DNA of 25,903 nucleotides from a virus: UHGV virus genome UHGV-0320751; one strand, 5' to 3'. Shown piece by piece: positions 8,636 to 17,395 of this stretch (position 1 is its first letter; each line of letters starts with the position of its first letter). The notes under the pieces were generated by a model. It saw only the letters and a program-made list of their open reading frames with translations, ran no database searches and was not told where the DNA came from. The position numbers and the translations under genes were made by a program.

Positions 8636-9095
8636 TCAACGTAAGGCGTTCCTCGATATGCTGGCGTGGTCAGAGGGAACTGATAACGGACGTCAGAAAA
8701 CCAGAAATCATGGTTATGACGTCATTGTAGGCGGAGAGCTATTCACTGATTACTCCGATCACCCTCGCAAACTTGTCACGCTAAACCCAAAACTCAAATC
8801 AACAGCCGCCGGACGTTACCAGCTTCTTTCCCGTTGGTGGGATGCCTACCGCAAGCAGCTTGGCCTGAAAGACTTCTCTCCGAAAAGCCAGGACGCTGTG
8901 GCACTGCAACAGATTAAAGAACGTGGCGCTTTACCGATGATTGATCGCGGTGATATTCGTCAGGCAATTGACCGTTGCAGCAATATCTGGGCTTCACTGC
9001 CGGGCGCTGGTTATGGTCAGTTCGAGCATAAGGCTGACAGCCTGATTGCAAAATTCAAAGAAGCAGGCGGAACGGTCAGAGAGATTGAGGTATGA
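8619..9095 (+). CDS. R: endolysin R (lytic transglycosylase)
   Basis: 158 aa matching recalled lambda R ([35 protein letters not shown]...). Confidence 0.95.
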
Positions 9096-9553
9096 GCAGA
9101 ATAACCGCGATTATTTCCGCTCTGGTTATCTGCATCATCGTCTGCCTGTCATGGGCTGTTAATCATTACCGTGATAACGCCATTACCTACAAAGCCCAGC
9201 GCGACAAAAATGCCAGAGAACTGACGCTGGCGAACGCGGTAATTACTGACATACAGATGCGTCAGCGTGATGTTGCTGCGCTCGATGCAAAATACACGAA
9301 GGAGTTAGCTGATGCGAAAGCTGAAAATGATGCTCTGCGTGATGATGTTGCCGCTGGTCGTCGTCGGTTGCACATCAAAGCAGTCTGTCAGTCAGTGCGT
9401 GAAGCCACCACCGCCTCCGGCGTGGATAATGCAGCCTCCCCCCGACTGGCAGACACCGCTGAACGGGATTATTTCACCCTCAGAGAGAGGCTGATCACTA
9501 TGCAAAAACAACTGGAAGGAACCCAGAAGTATATTAATGAGCAGTGCAGATAG
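9092..9553 (+). CDS. Rz: i-spanin Rz
   Basis: 153 aa with an N-terminal transmembrane segment and coiled-coil, matching lambda Rz; ATGA overlap with the R stop. Confidence 0.9.
   Translation: MSRITAIISALVICIIVCLSWAVNHYRDNAITYKAQRDKNARELTLANAVITDIQMRQRDVAALDAKYTKELADAKAENDALRDDVAAGRRRLHIKAVCQSVREATTASGVDNAASPRLADTAERDYFTLRERLITMQKQLEGTQKYINEQCR
9312..9494 (+). CDS. Rz1: o-spanin Rz1 (lipoprotein embedded in the +1 frame of Rz)
   Basis: 60 aa with lipobox VVGC and a proline-rich mature region ([15 protein letters not shown]), fully nested inside Rz. Confidence 0.85.
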   Translation: MRKLKMMLCVMMLPLVVVGCTSKQSVSQCVKPPPPPAWIMQPPPDWQTPLNGIISPSERG

Positions 9554-9584
9554 AGCTGCCCATATCGATGGGCAACTCATGCAA

Positions 9585-9878
9585 TTATTGTGAGCAATAC
9601 ACACGCGCTTCCAGCGGAGTATAAATGCCTAAAGTAATAAAACCGAGCAATCCATTTACGAATGTTTGCTGGGTTTCTGTTTTAACAACATTTTCTGCAC
9701 CACCACAAATTTTTGCTGCATCGACAGTTTTCTTCTGCCCAATTCCCGAAACGAAGAAATGATGGGTGATGGTTTCCTTTGGTGTTACTGCTGTAGGTTT
9801 GTTTCCAACAGTAAACGTCTGTTGAGCACATCCTGTAATAAGCATTGCCAGAGCGGCAGAAAACAACATTTTTTTCAT
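9585..9878 (-). CDS. bor: Bor outer-membrane lipoprotein (serum-resistance moron)
   Basis: MKKMLFSAALAMLITGCAQQTF... has lipobox ITGC and matches recalled lambda Bor (97 aa). AGGA Shine-Dalgarno before the minus-strand ATG at 9878. The track ORF extends further upstream than the likely start. Confidence 0.9.
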   Translation of the reverse strand: MKKMLFSAALAMLITGCAQQTFTVGNKPTAVTPKETITHHFFVSGIGQKKTVDAAKICGGAENVVKTETQQTFVNGLLGFITLGIYTPLEARVYCSQ

Positions 9879-10358
9879 CTTATTATCCTGCATTGTTAAA
9901 AACGGCAGAATCCTATGTGACAACAATTAAACGATAGTTAAATGGATTGATGAAAATTAAAACTACACAGGTGGGCTCAGACTATTGGAGGAAGTTGGGG
10001 ACACTCAGAATCCTGTGGAATGAAATAAACCGGTCTATCCGTCCATTACCCTTTTAGCTGCGCTGTATCGTCGCCGTATTCCCGCATTAACCATGACCGT
10101 AGCCCGACGGGGAATTCCTTCTGCGTGAGTGTGCGGGAATAATTAAAAACGATGCACACCGGGTTTTTACCGCGTTAATGATTCGCGGGTTTATCCCGGT
10201 GCGATGGTGGAAGAAACAGGAAGCTGTATTACAGAAAGTGCTACTACTGTATCCCGATGCGATGTATGTAATGTGAGTCAGATAATGGCACAGGATGTGG
10301 TGATGTGGCAGTCTGGAACACAGGATATATTGTCAGAATAAGACCCGTAGGAATAAAA

Positions 10359-10685
10359 ATGAAAAGACGCCTTTTACTACTTTTTCTGTTATCTGTCCTG
10401 GCAGTGGGATGCTCGCAGCAAAAAGCTGATGAGCCCCGGCAATTAGTGACGGTGTATCCACGATATCCGGAATATGCTGCAGCAAATTATATCAAGGGGC
10501 TGGTTGAGGTTAAGTTCGATATTGGTGCTGATGGGACTGTGACACGGATCGTTTTTCTCCGCTCAGAGCCTCATAATTTGTTTCGTGATGAAGTGGTGAA
10601 GGCCATGGCGAAATGGCGATTTGAAAAGAATCGCCCCTGTCAGGGAGTGAAGAGACAATTTATCTTTACGCCGTCACGTCCTTGA
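10359..10685 (+). CDS. small lipoprotein with a TonB C-terminal-like domain (moron)
   Basis: MKRRLLLLFLLSVLAVGC gives a signal peptide and lipobox. YPRYPEYAAANYIKGLVEVKFDIGADGTVTRIVFLRSEPHNLFRDEVVKAMAKWRF fits the TonB_C consensus. AGGA Shine-Dalgarno 8 nt upstream of the ATG. Confidence 0.7.
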   Translation: MKRRLLLLFLLSVLAVGCSQQKADEPRQLVTVYPRYPEYAAANYIKGLVEVKFDIGADGTVTRIVFLRSEPHNLFRDEVVKAMAKWRFEKNRPCQGVKRQFIFTPSRP

Positions 10686-10777
10686 TGCTTCCAGGTAGAG
10701 AGGGGCTGGAAGCAGGAGAAAAATGAAAGAGCCAGCGGTTATATTTTTGTCATGGCTGACGAGGAATGATGGAAGAA

Positions 10778-10826
10778 GGCGTTGTATGCCACACAACGCC
10801 TCACTGTTCATTTCTTCTTTTTCTCT
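10778..10826. terminator. candidate bidirectional terminator between convergent genes
   Basis: Perfect 8-bp inverted repeat GGCGTTGT/ACAACGCC (10778-10785 and 10793-10800) with a 7-nt loop, T-rich on the + side (10801-10826) and pyrimidine-rich on the - side. Confidence 0.4.
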
Positions 10827-10987
10827 GGTGGAACCCGATGAATAAGAGTTGCACTGGTTTCCGATGAGATGGCGATATACTCGGGCAAAGTATGCTGGCA
10901 GTTTTCCAACTGGTCAAAAATACCTGCTCTCGTCTGTTGCAATGCCTGCAGCATGCGGCGGCAATGCGCCTTGCTTTTACTAACCAT
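10808..10987 (-). CDS. hypothetical 59-aa protein with a lysine-rich C-terminus
   Basis: Minus-strand ATG at 10987 preceded by GAGGAAGGA. Translation MVSKSKAHCRRMLQALQQTRAGIFDQLENC...PPEKKKK. The longer track ORF (start 11161) has no Shine-Dalgarno and overlaps the next ORF. Confidence 0.35.
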   Translation of the reverse strand: MVSKSKAHCRRMLQALQQTRAGIFDQLENCQHTLPEYIAISSETSATLIHRVPPEKKKK

Positions 10988-11048
10988 CTTTCCTTCCTCT
11001 ATCAGTCGCTGCGTGAACTCATCATGGAATACCAGGTAAATGCGGATG

Positions 11049-11300
11049 TTATCGGTTTTGGCTACGCAGCATAGTACAAAACGGACAGGTGCATCCCGGG
11101 ACGGGGGAGGCGTCACATGTCCCTGTGATGGTTGTTCCGGGTAATGTACTGTGTGGGGCATAAAAATGTCCGATAATTTTACTTTCTACCGCAGTTAGTT
11201 GATTCGTTGGTCCTGGTAGCACATTGGGCGAGGATTTAAATGCCAGGCAACTGAAGGATGATGTCGCAAGGGAGATAGCGAGAATATTTCTGATTTTCAT
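11049..11300 (-). CDS. hypothetical 84-aa secreted Cys-rich protein
   Basis: Minus-strand ATG at 11300 with AGAGG upstream. N-terminal signal peptide MKIRNILAISLATSSFSCLA; C-terminal GTCDASPVPGCTCPFC. Rare codons (AGA, CTA, CGA) suggest foreign origin or weak expression. Confidence 0.4.
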   Translation of the reverse strand: MKIRNILAISLATSSFSCLAFKSSPNVLPGPTNQLTAVESKIIGHFYAPHSTLPGTTITGTCDASPVPGCTCPFCTMLRSQNR

Positions 11301-11448
11301 TTGATGATGCCTCTGTGTGAAATGACGGTAAACGACGCACTTGTGCCGGCACATAATAGCAAGCACCATAATAGATCAGATTCGATTCTTGCTGTAAGTG
11401 ATAATTATTCTCGTTTTCGGGTCCTTTCCGTCGATCCAACAGGTTACG

Positions 11449-11460
11449 GGGCGGCGACTT
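11449..11460. other. cos cohesive-end site (cosN 12-nt overhang GGGCGGCGACTT)
   Basis: ...ACAGGTTACG|GGGCGGCGACTT|CGCGG... matches the recalled lambda right-end/left-end junction (GGGCGGCGACCT) with one mismatch, about 180 bp upstream of the terminase small-subunit gene. Confidence 0.7.
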
Positions 11461-11636
11461 CGCGGTTTTTCACTATTTATGAAAATTTTTCAGGGAAAAT
11501 CGTGTCGGTACTTCTCGAATATAACTTTTTGTTTTTTTTAATATTGCATCCGTAAAGGTCCGACATGAAAGTGTCCGAAAATGCCTTTTTCTGGCGTTTT
11601 CATGTCGGGCCTTGTATTTGATAATGGGTTGTTTTC
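11461..11636 (+). promoter_or_regulatory. cosB-like region (terminase small-subunit binding repeats)
   Basis: Lies between cosN and the Nu1 start. Contains repeated GTCCGA motifs and the inverted pair GTCCGACATGAAA (11558-11570) / TTTCATGTCGGGC (11609-11621). Confidence 0.45.
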
Positions 11637-12185
11637 ATGAAGGTTAATAAAAAGAGGCTTGCCGAAATTTTCAACGTGGACCCGCGGACGATTGAACGCT
11701 GGCAGTCTCAGGGACTCCCTTGCGCCTCCAAAGGTAGTAAGGGCATTGAATCTGTATTTGATACTGCCATGGCAATTCAGTGGTATGCGCAGAGGGAAAC
11801 TGATATCGAAAACGAAAAGCTCCGCAAAGAACTGGACGATTTGCGTGCGGCAGCGGAGTCAGATTTACAACCCGGCACCATTGACTATGAACGCTACCGG
11901 CTCACAAAAGCGCAGGCAGATGCGCAGGAACTGAAAAATGCCCGTGAAGACGGAGTAGTGCTGGAAACTGAACTGTTTACCTTCATTCTGCAACGTGTGG
12001 CACAGGAGATTTCGGGGATACTTGTGCGTGTGCCGTTGACATTACAGCGTAAATATCCGGACATTTCACCATCACACCTTGATGTGGTGAAAACTGAAAT
12101 CGCGAAAGCCTCCAATGTTGCAGCTAAGGCCGGTGAAAACGTGGGCGGGTGGATCGATGATTTCAGACGCGCAGAAGGCAGCTAA
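11637..12185 (+). CDS. Nu1: terminase small subunit (Nu1-like)
   Basis: 182 aa; [12 protein letters not shown]...[16 protein letters not shown]...[30 protein letters not shown] aligns to recalled lambda Nu1, but is diverged. Confidence 0.9.
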
Positions 12186-14085
12186 TGCAGCCGGTGCGAT
12201 AGCTACAGGGCTTTTATCTCTCATTATTCCTGTTCCACTGACGACAGTTCAGTGGGCCAATAAACATTATTACCTTCCTAAAGAGTCGTCTTATACCCCG
12301 GGGCGATGGGAAACACTGCCGTTTCAGGTTGGCATCATGAACTGTATGGGCAACGATCTGATTCGCACGGTTAACCTGATTAAATCTGCCCGTGTTGGTT
12401 ATACAAAGATGTTGCTGGGAGTGGAGGCTTATTTTATTGAGCATAAATCACGCAACAGCCTTCTTTTTCAGCCCACGGACTCAGCTGCTGAAGATTTTAT
12501 GAAATCTCATGTTGAGCCAACGATAAGGGATGTTCCTGCATTGCTGGAGCTGGCTCCATGGTTCGGAAGAAAACACCGCGATAATACGCTCACCCTGAAG
12601 CGTTTTTCCTCCGGTGTGGGGTTCTGGTGTCTGGGTGGTGCGGCAGCAAAAAACTACCGTGAAAAATCCGTGGATGTGGTCTGTTATGACGAGCTTTCCT
12701 CGTTCGAACCGGATGTTGAAAAAGAGGGTTCGCCAACCCTGCTGGGGGATAAACGTATTGAGGGCTCTGTATGGCCAAAATCCATTCGCGGCTCGACGCC
12801 TAAAATCAAAGGCTCCTGCCAGATCGAAAAAGCCGCTAACGAGTCGGCACACTTCATGCGTTTTTATGTGCCCTGTCCGCACTGTGGGGAGGAGCAGTAT
12901 CTGAAATTTGGCGATGATGCCTCGCCTTTCGGTCTTAAGTGGGAGAAGAATAAGCCAGAAAGTGTTTTCTACCTTTGTGAGCATCATGGCTGTGTGATCC
13001 ATCAGTCTGAGCTTGACCAGAGTAACGGGCGGTGGATCTGTGAAAACACGGGCATGTGGACCCGTGACGGCCTGATGTTTTTCAGCGCCCGGGGTGATGA
13101 AATTCCGCCGCCGCGCTCCATCACTTTCCATATCTGGACGGCGTACAGTCCGTTCACCACCTGGGTACAGATTGTCTATGACTGGCTGGATGCACTGAAA
13201 GATCCCAACGGCCTGAAAACCTTTGTGAACACCACGCTGGGCGAGACCTGGGAAGAGGCTGTGGGCGAAAAACTCGATCACCAGGTGCTGATGGATAAGG
13301 TTGTGCGTTACACGGCGGCGGTGCCTGCCCGGGTGGTTTATCTGACGGCGGGCATTGACTCGCAGCGAAACCGTTTTGAGATGTATGTCTGGGGATGGGC
13401 TCCGGGAGAGGAAGCCTTTCTGGTGGATAAAATCATCATTATGGGGCGTCCCGATGAGGAAGAGACGCTGTTACGTGTGGATGCGGCGATCAACAAAAAA
13501 TACCGCCATGCAGACGGAACCGAAATGACCATTTCCCGTGTCTGCTGGGACATCGGGGGGATCGATGGCGAAATCGTTTATCAGAGGTCAAAAAAACACG
13601 GTGTTTTCCGGGTGCTGCCGGTAAAAGGCGCATCTGTCTATGGCAAGCCGGTGATCACCATGCCAAAAACCCGCAATCAGCGGGGCGTGTATCTGTGTGA
13701 AGTGGGGACGGACACCGCAAAAGAAATTCTCTATGCCCGTATGAAAGCCGATCCCACGCCTGTGGATGAAGCCACGTCGTATGCTATCCGTTTTCCTGAT
13801 GATCCGGAGATTTTTTCGCAGACAGAGGCGCAGCAACTGGTCGCGGAAGAGCTTGTGGAGAAGTGGGAAAAAGGAAAGATGCGTCTGCTGTGGGATAACA
13901 AAAAGCGGCGTAACGAAGCGCTGGACTGCCTGGTGTATGCCTACGCGGCATTACGTGTGTCCGTGCAACGCTGGCAGCTTGATCTGGCTGTACTGGCAAA
14001 ATCCCGGGAAGAAGAGACGACCCGGCCAACCCTTAAAGAACTGGCAGCGAAGCTGTCCGGAGGAGTGAATGGTTACAGTCGCTGA
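12157..14085 (+). CDS. A: terminase large subunit (gpA-like)
   Basis: ATG at 12157 overlapping the Nu1 end, as in lambda. Conserved blocks [53 protein letters not shown] match lambda A. Confidence 0.9.
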
Positions 14086-14275
14086 ACTGCAGGCGCTGCG
14101 TCAGGCGCGCCTTGATTTATTAACCGGTAAACGGGTGGTGTCTGTCCAGAAAGATGGTCGCAGAATTGAATATACGGCGGCTTCTCTGGATGAGCTTAAC
14201 CGGGCGATCAATGATGCGGAGTCGGTACTGGGGACAACCCGGTGTCGCCGTCGTCCGCTGGGAGTGAGGTTATGA
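14069..14275 (+). CDS. W: head-tail joining protein W
   Basis: 68 aa; LLTGKRVVSVQKDGRRIEYTAASLDEL aligns to recalled lambda W ([27 protein letters not shown]). GGAGGAG Shine-Dalgarno. Confidence 0.85.
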   Translation: MVTVAELQALRQARLDLLTGKRVVSVQKDGRRIEYTAASLDELNRAINDAESVLGTTRCRRRPLGVRL

Positions 14276-15864
14276 AACGAACGCCTGTCCTGATTGATGT
14301 GAACGGCGTTCCGCTTCGTGAGAGTCTCAGCTACAACGGGGGCGGTGCAGGATTTGGCGGGCAAATGGCTGAGTGGTTGCCACCGGCGCAGAGTGCCGAT
14401 GCGGCCCTGCTGCCCGCGTTGCGTCTGGGGAATGCCCGGGCAGATGATCTGGTGCGCAATAACGGAATAGCGGCTAATGCGGTGGCTCTGCATAAGGATC
14501 ACATTGTCGGGCATATGTTTCTGATCAGCTACCGTCCGAACTGGCGCTGGCTGGGGATGCGGGAGACCGCAGCAAAAAGCTTTGTCGATGAGGTGGAGGC
14601 GGCCTGGTCGGAATACGCCGAAGGGATGTTTGGCGAGATCGACGTGGAAGGAAAACGCACGTTCACGGAATTTATCCGTGAAGGTGTGGGCGTTCATGCG
14701 TTTAACGGCGAAATCTTTGTGCAGCCGGTCTGGGATACGGAAACCACGCAGTTATTCCGTACGCGTTTTAAAGCCGTGAGTCCGAAACGGGTGGACACGC
14801 CTGGACACGGTATGGGGAACCGTTTTCTGCGGGCCGGTGTGGAGGTCGATCGATATGGCCGTGCCGTCGCGTACCATATCTGTGAGGATGATTTTCCGTT
14901 CTCTGGTAGTGGACGATGGGAACGGATCCCGCGTGAACTTCCCACCGGGCGTCCGGCCATGCTGCATATTTTCGAGCCGGTGGAGGACGGGCAGACCCGT
15001 GGGGCTAATCAGTTTTACAGCGTCATGGAACGGCTGAAGATGCTCGATTCCCTGCAGGCAACACAGCTTCAGTCGGCCATAGTGAAGGCGATGTATGCAG
15101 CGACGATTGAAAGTGAACTTGATACCGAAAAGGCCTTTGAATATATCGCCGGCGCGCCACAGGAGCAGAAGGATAATCCGCTTATTAATATTCTGGAGAA
15201 GTTTTCCAGCTGGTATGACACGAATAACGTGACACTGGGCGGTGTCAAAATTCCGCACCTTTTCCCTGGTGATGATCTGAAACTACAGACTGCGCAGGAT
15301 TCAGACAATGGATTTTCTGCGCTTGAACAGGCGCTGCTGCGGTATATCGCCGCCGGTCTTGGCGTTTCCTACGAACAGTTGTCCCGTGATTACTCGAAGG
15401 TCAGTTACTCAAGTGCCCGCGCCTCCGCCAATGAGTCGTGGCGCTATTTTATGGGGCGGCGAAAATTTATTGCGGCCCGGCTGGCCACGCAGATGTTTTC
15501 CTGCTGGCTGGAAGAGGCACTTCTTCGGGGGATTATTCGTCCGCCACGGGCACGTTTTGATTTTTATCAGGCGCGATCAGCCTGGTCACGGGCAGAGTGG
15601 ATTGGTGCCGGAAGAATGGCCATTGACGGGCTCAAGGAAGTCCAGGAATCAGTGATGCGCATTGAGGCCGGACTGAGCACGTATGAGAAAGAGCTGGCGC
15701 TGATGGGCGAGGATTATCAGGACATTTTCCGCCAGCAGGTCAGGGAATCTGCTGAGCGGCAAAAAGCCGGACTCTCACGTCCGGTGTGGATAGAGCAGGC
15801 GTATCAGCAGCAGATAGCGGAGAGTCGCAGGCCGGAAGAGGAGACAACACCACGTGAGACGTAA
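14272..15864 (+). CDS. B: portal protein (gpB-like)
   Basis: ATG at 14272 overlapping the W stop. GNARADDLVRNNGIAANAVALHKDHIVG matches lambda B. Confidence 0.9.
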   Translation: MKRTPVLIDVNGVPLRESLSYNGGGAGFGGQMAEWLPPAQSADAALLPALRLGNARADDLVRNNGIAANAVALHKDHIVGHMFLISYRPNWRWLGMRETAAKSFVDEVEAAWSEYAEGMFGEIDVEGKRTFTEFIREGVGVHAFNGEIFVQPVWDTETTQLFRTRFKAVSPKRVDTPGHGMGNRFLRAGVEVDRYGRAVAYHICEDDFPFSGSGRWERIPRELPTGRPAMLHIFEPVEDGQTRGANQFYSVMERLKMLDSLQATQLQSAIVKAMYAATIESELDTEKAFEYIAGAPQEQKDNPLINILEKFSSWYDTNNVTLGGVKIPHLFPGDDLKLQTAQDSDNGFSALEQALLRYIAAGLGVSYEQLSRDYSKVSYSSARASANESWRYFMGRRKFIAARLATQMFSCWLEEALLRGIIRPPRARFDFYQARSAWSRAEWIGAGRMAIDGLKEVQESVMRIEAGLSTYEKELALMGEDYQDIFRQQVRESAERQKAGLSRPVWIEQAYQQQIAESRRPEEETTPRET

Positions 15865-17359
15865 TCTTTCACACATTATTGCCGCAGCATTCAATGAACC
15901 GCTGCTTCTGGAGCCCGCCTATGCGCGGGTTTTCTTTTGCGCGCTCGGGCGCGAGATGGGGGCAGCAAGTCTTTCGGTACCACAACAGCAGGTACAGTTT
16001 GATGCTCCCGGAATGCTGGCTGAAACGGACGAGTACATGGCCGGAGGTAAACGACCGGCCCGTGTTTACCGGGTGGTGAACGGTATTGCTGTACTGCCGG
16101 TGACCGGCACGCTGGTGCACCGGCTGGGTGGTATGCGGCCATTTTCCGGAATGACAGGCTATGACGGCATTGTCGCCTGTCTTCAGCAGGCAATGGCGGA
16201 TAGCCAGGTGCGGGGCGTACTGCTGGACATTGACAGTCCGGGCGGGCAGGCCGCCGGCGCGTTTGACTGCGCTGACATGATTTACCGCCTCCGTCAGCAG
16301 AAGCCGGTCTGGGCACTGTGCAATGACACGGCCTGTTCTGCAGCCATGCTGCTGGCGTCGGCCTGCTCCCGACGGCTGGTTACCCAGACATCCCGTATCG
16401 GCTCCATTGGCGTGATGATGAGCCATGTCAGCTATGCCGGTCATCTGGCGCAGGCCGGTGTGGATATCACGCTGATTTACTCAGGGGCGCACAAGGTGGA
16501 TGGCAATCAGTTTGAAGCGTTGCCGGCAGAGGTTCGCCAGGACATGCAGCAGCGGATTGATGCGGCGCGCCGGATGTTTGCCGAAAAAGTGGCGATGTAT
16601 ACCGGTCTGTCTGTTGATGCCGTCACGGGAACAGAGGCTGCCGTTTTTGAAGGTCAGTCCGGCATTGAGGCCGGGCTGGCGGATGAATTAATCAATGCGT
16701 CGGATGCCATCAGTGTGATGGCCACGGCGCTGAACAGTAATGTCAGAGGAGGCACTATGCCGCAATTAACTGCAACGGAAGCCGCCGCGCAGGAGAACCA
16801 GCGAGTGATGGGGATCCTGACATGCCAGGAAGCGAAAGGACGTGAACAGCTTGCCACGATGCTGGCAGGACAACAGGGCATGAGCGTTGAACAGGCCCGG
16901 GCGATTCTGGCCGCGGCGGCACCGCAGCAGCCGGTGGCATCCACGCAGAGTGAAGCCGATCGCATTATGGTGTGTGAAGAAGCGAACGGTCGTGAACAAC
17001 TGGCGGCAACGCTGGCGGCGATGCCGGAGATGACGGTGGAAAAAGCCCGCCCGATCCTGGCTGCTTCACCGCAGGCGGATGCCGGACCATCACTCCGTGA
17101 TCAGATCATGGCACTGGATGAGGCAAAAGGGGCTGAGGCGCAGGCTGAACAGCTGGCTGCCTGCCCGGGAATGACAGTGGAGAGCGCCCGGGCTGTGCTG
17201 GCTGCGGGATCAGGTAAGGCAGAACCGGTCTCTGCATCCACAACCGCCATGTTTGAACATTTCATGGCGAACCATTCACCGGCAGCGGTACAGGGTGGCG
17301 TGGCACAGACGTCAGCAGACGGTGATGCGGACGTGAAAATGCTCATGGCCATGCCATGA
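15854..17359 (+). CDS. C: head maturation protease C (S49/ClpP-like) with a C-terminal scaffold region
   Basis: GTG start overlapping the portal stop. NEPLLLEPAYARVFFCAL and the GVLLDIDSPGG...SAAMLLASACSRRLV peptidase core match lambda C. The 501 aa are longer than the recalled 439 aa of lambda C because of C-terminal repeats. Confidence 0.85.
   Translation: MRRNLSHIIAAAFNEPLLLEPAYARVFFCALGREMGAASLSVPQQQVQFDAPGMLAETDEYMAGGKRPARVYRVVNGIAVLPVTGTLVHRLGGMRPFSGMTGYDGIVACLQQAMADSQVRGVLLDIDSPGGQAAGAFDCADMIYRLRQQKPVWALCNDTACSAAMLLASACSRRLVTQTSRIGSIGVMMSHVSYAGHLAQAGVDITLIYSGAHKVDGNQFEALPAEVRQDMQQRIDAARRMFAEKVAMYTGLSVDAVTGTEAAVFEGQSGIEAGLADELINASDAISVMATALNSNVRGGTMPQLTATEAAAQENQRVMGILTCQEAKGREQLATMLAGQQGMSVEQARAILAAAAPQQPVASTQSEADRIMVCEEANGREQLAATLAAMPEMTVEKARPILAASPQADAGPSLRDQIMALDEAKGAEAQAEQLAACPGMTVESARAVLAAGSGKAEPVSASTTAMFEHFMANHSPAAVQGGVAQTSADGDADVKMLMAMP
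16757..17359 (+). CDS. Nu3: Nu3-like scaffold protein, nested in-frame in the 3' part of C
   Basis: In-frame ATG at 16757 preceded by a strong GGAGG Shine-Dalgarno (16749-16753), analogous to the lambda C/Nu3 nested arrangement. The exact start is not verifiable from sequence. Confidence 0.5.
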   Translation: MPQLTATEAAAQENQRVMGILTCQEAKGREQLATMLAGQQGMSVEQARAILAAAAPQQPVASTQSEADRIMVCEEANGREQLAATLAAMPEMTVEKARPILAASPQADAGPSLRDQIMALDEAKGAEAQAEQLAACPGMTVESARAVLAAGSGKAEPVSASTTAMFEHFMANHSPAAVQGGVAQTSADGDADVKMLMAMP

Positions 17360-17395
17360 AGTCAGTGCTGACCATCAATAGGAGGTTTTTACAAT

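Noticed and set aside
9666-9899. 77-aa plus-strand ORF antisense to bor
   Set aside because: Fully antisense to the well-supported bor gene, Cys/Phe-rich junk-like translation.
10170-10300. Possible Fur-box-like elements (TAATGATT, GATAATGG) upstream of the TonB-like gene
   Set aside because: Only partial matches to the 19-bp Fur consensus; too weak to call from sequence alone.
10808-11161. Full-length 117-aa version of the minus-strand ORF
   Set aside because: Its start at 11161 has no Shine-Dalgarno and it overlaps the signal-peptide ORF in another frame; the shorter version starting at 10987 is preferred, though neither is verified.
11301-11555. 84-aa plus-strand ORF spanning the cos site; also the minus-strand ORF 11236-11439
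   Set aside because: They cross cosN/cosB, which is non-coding in lambda-like phages, and have no ribosome-binding site; likely chance ORFs.
12481-13281. 266-aa minus-strand ORF inside the terminase large-subunit gene, and similar long antisense ORFs inside structural genes (14101-14697, 14752-15258, 15869-16444, 22736-23314, 23354-23884, 23830-24348, 24604-25089, 24969-25619)
   Set aside because: They lie antisense to well-supported, conserved structural genes in GC-rich sequence, lack ribosome-binding sites and have low-complexity, Arg/Pro/Ala-rich translations typical of spurious antisense frames.
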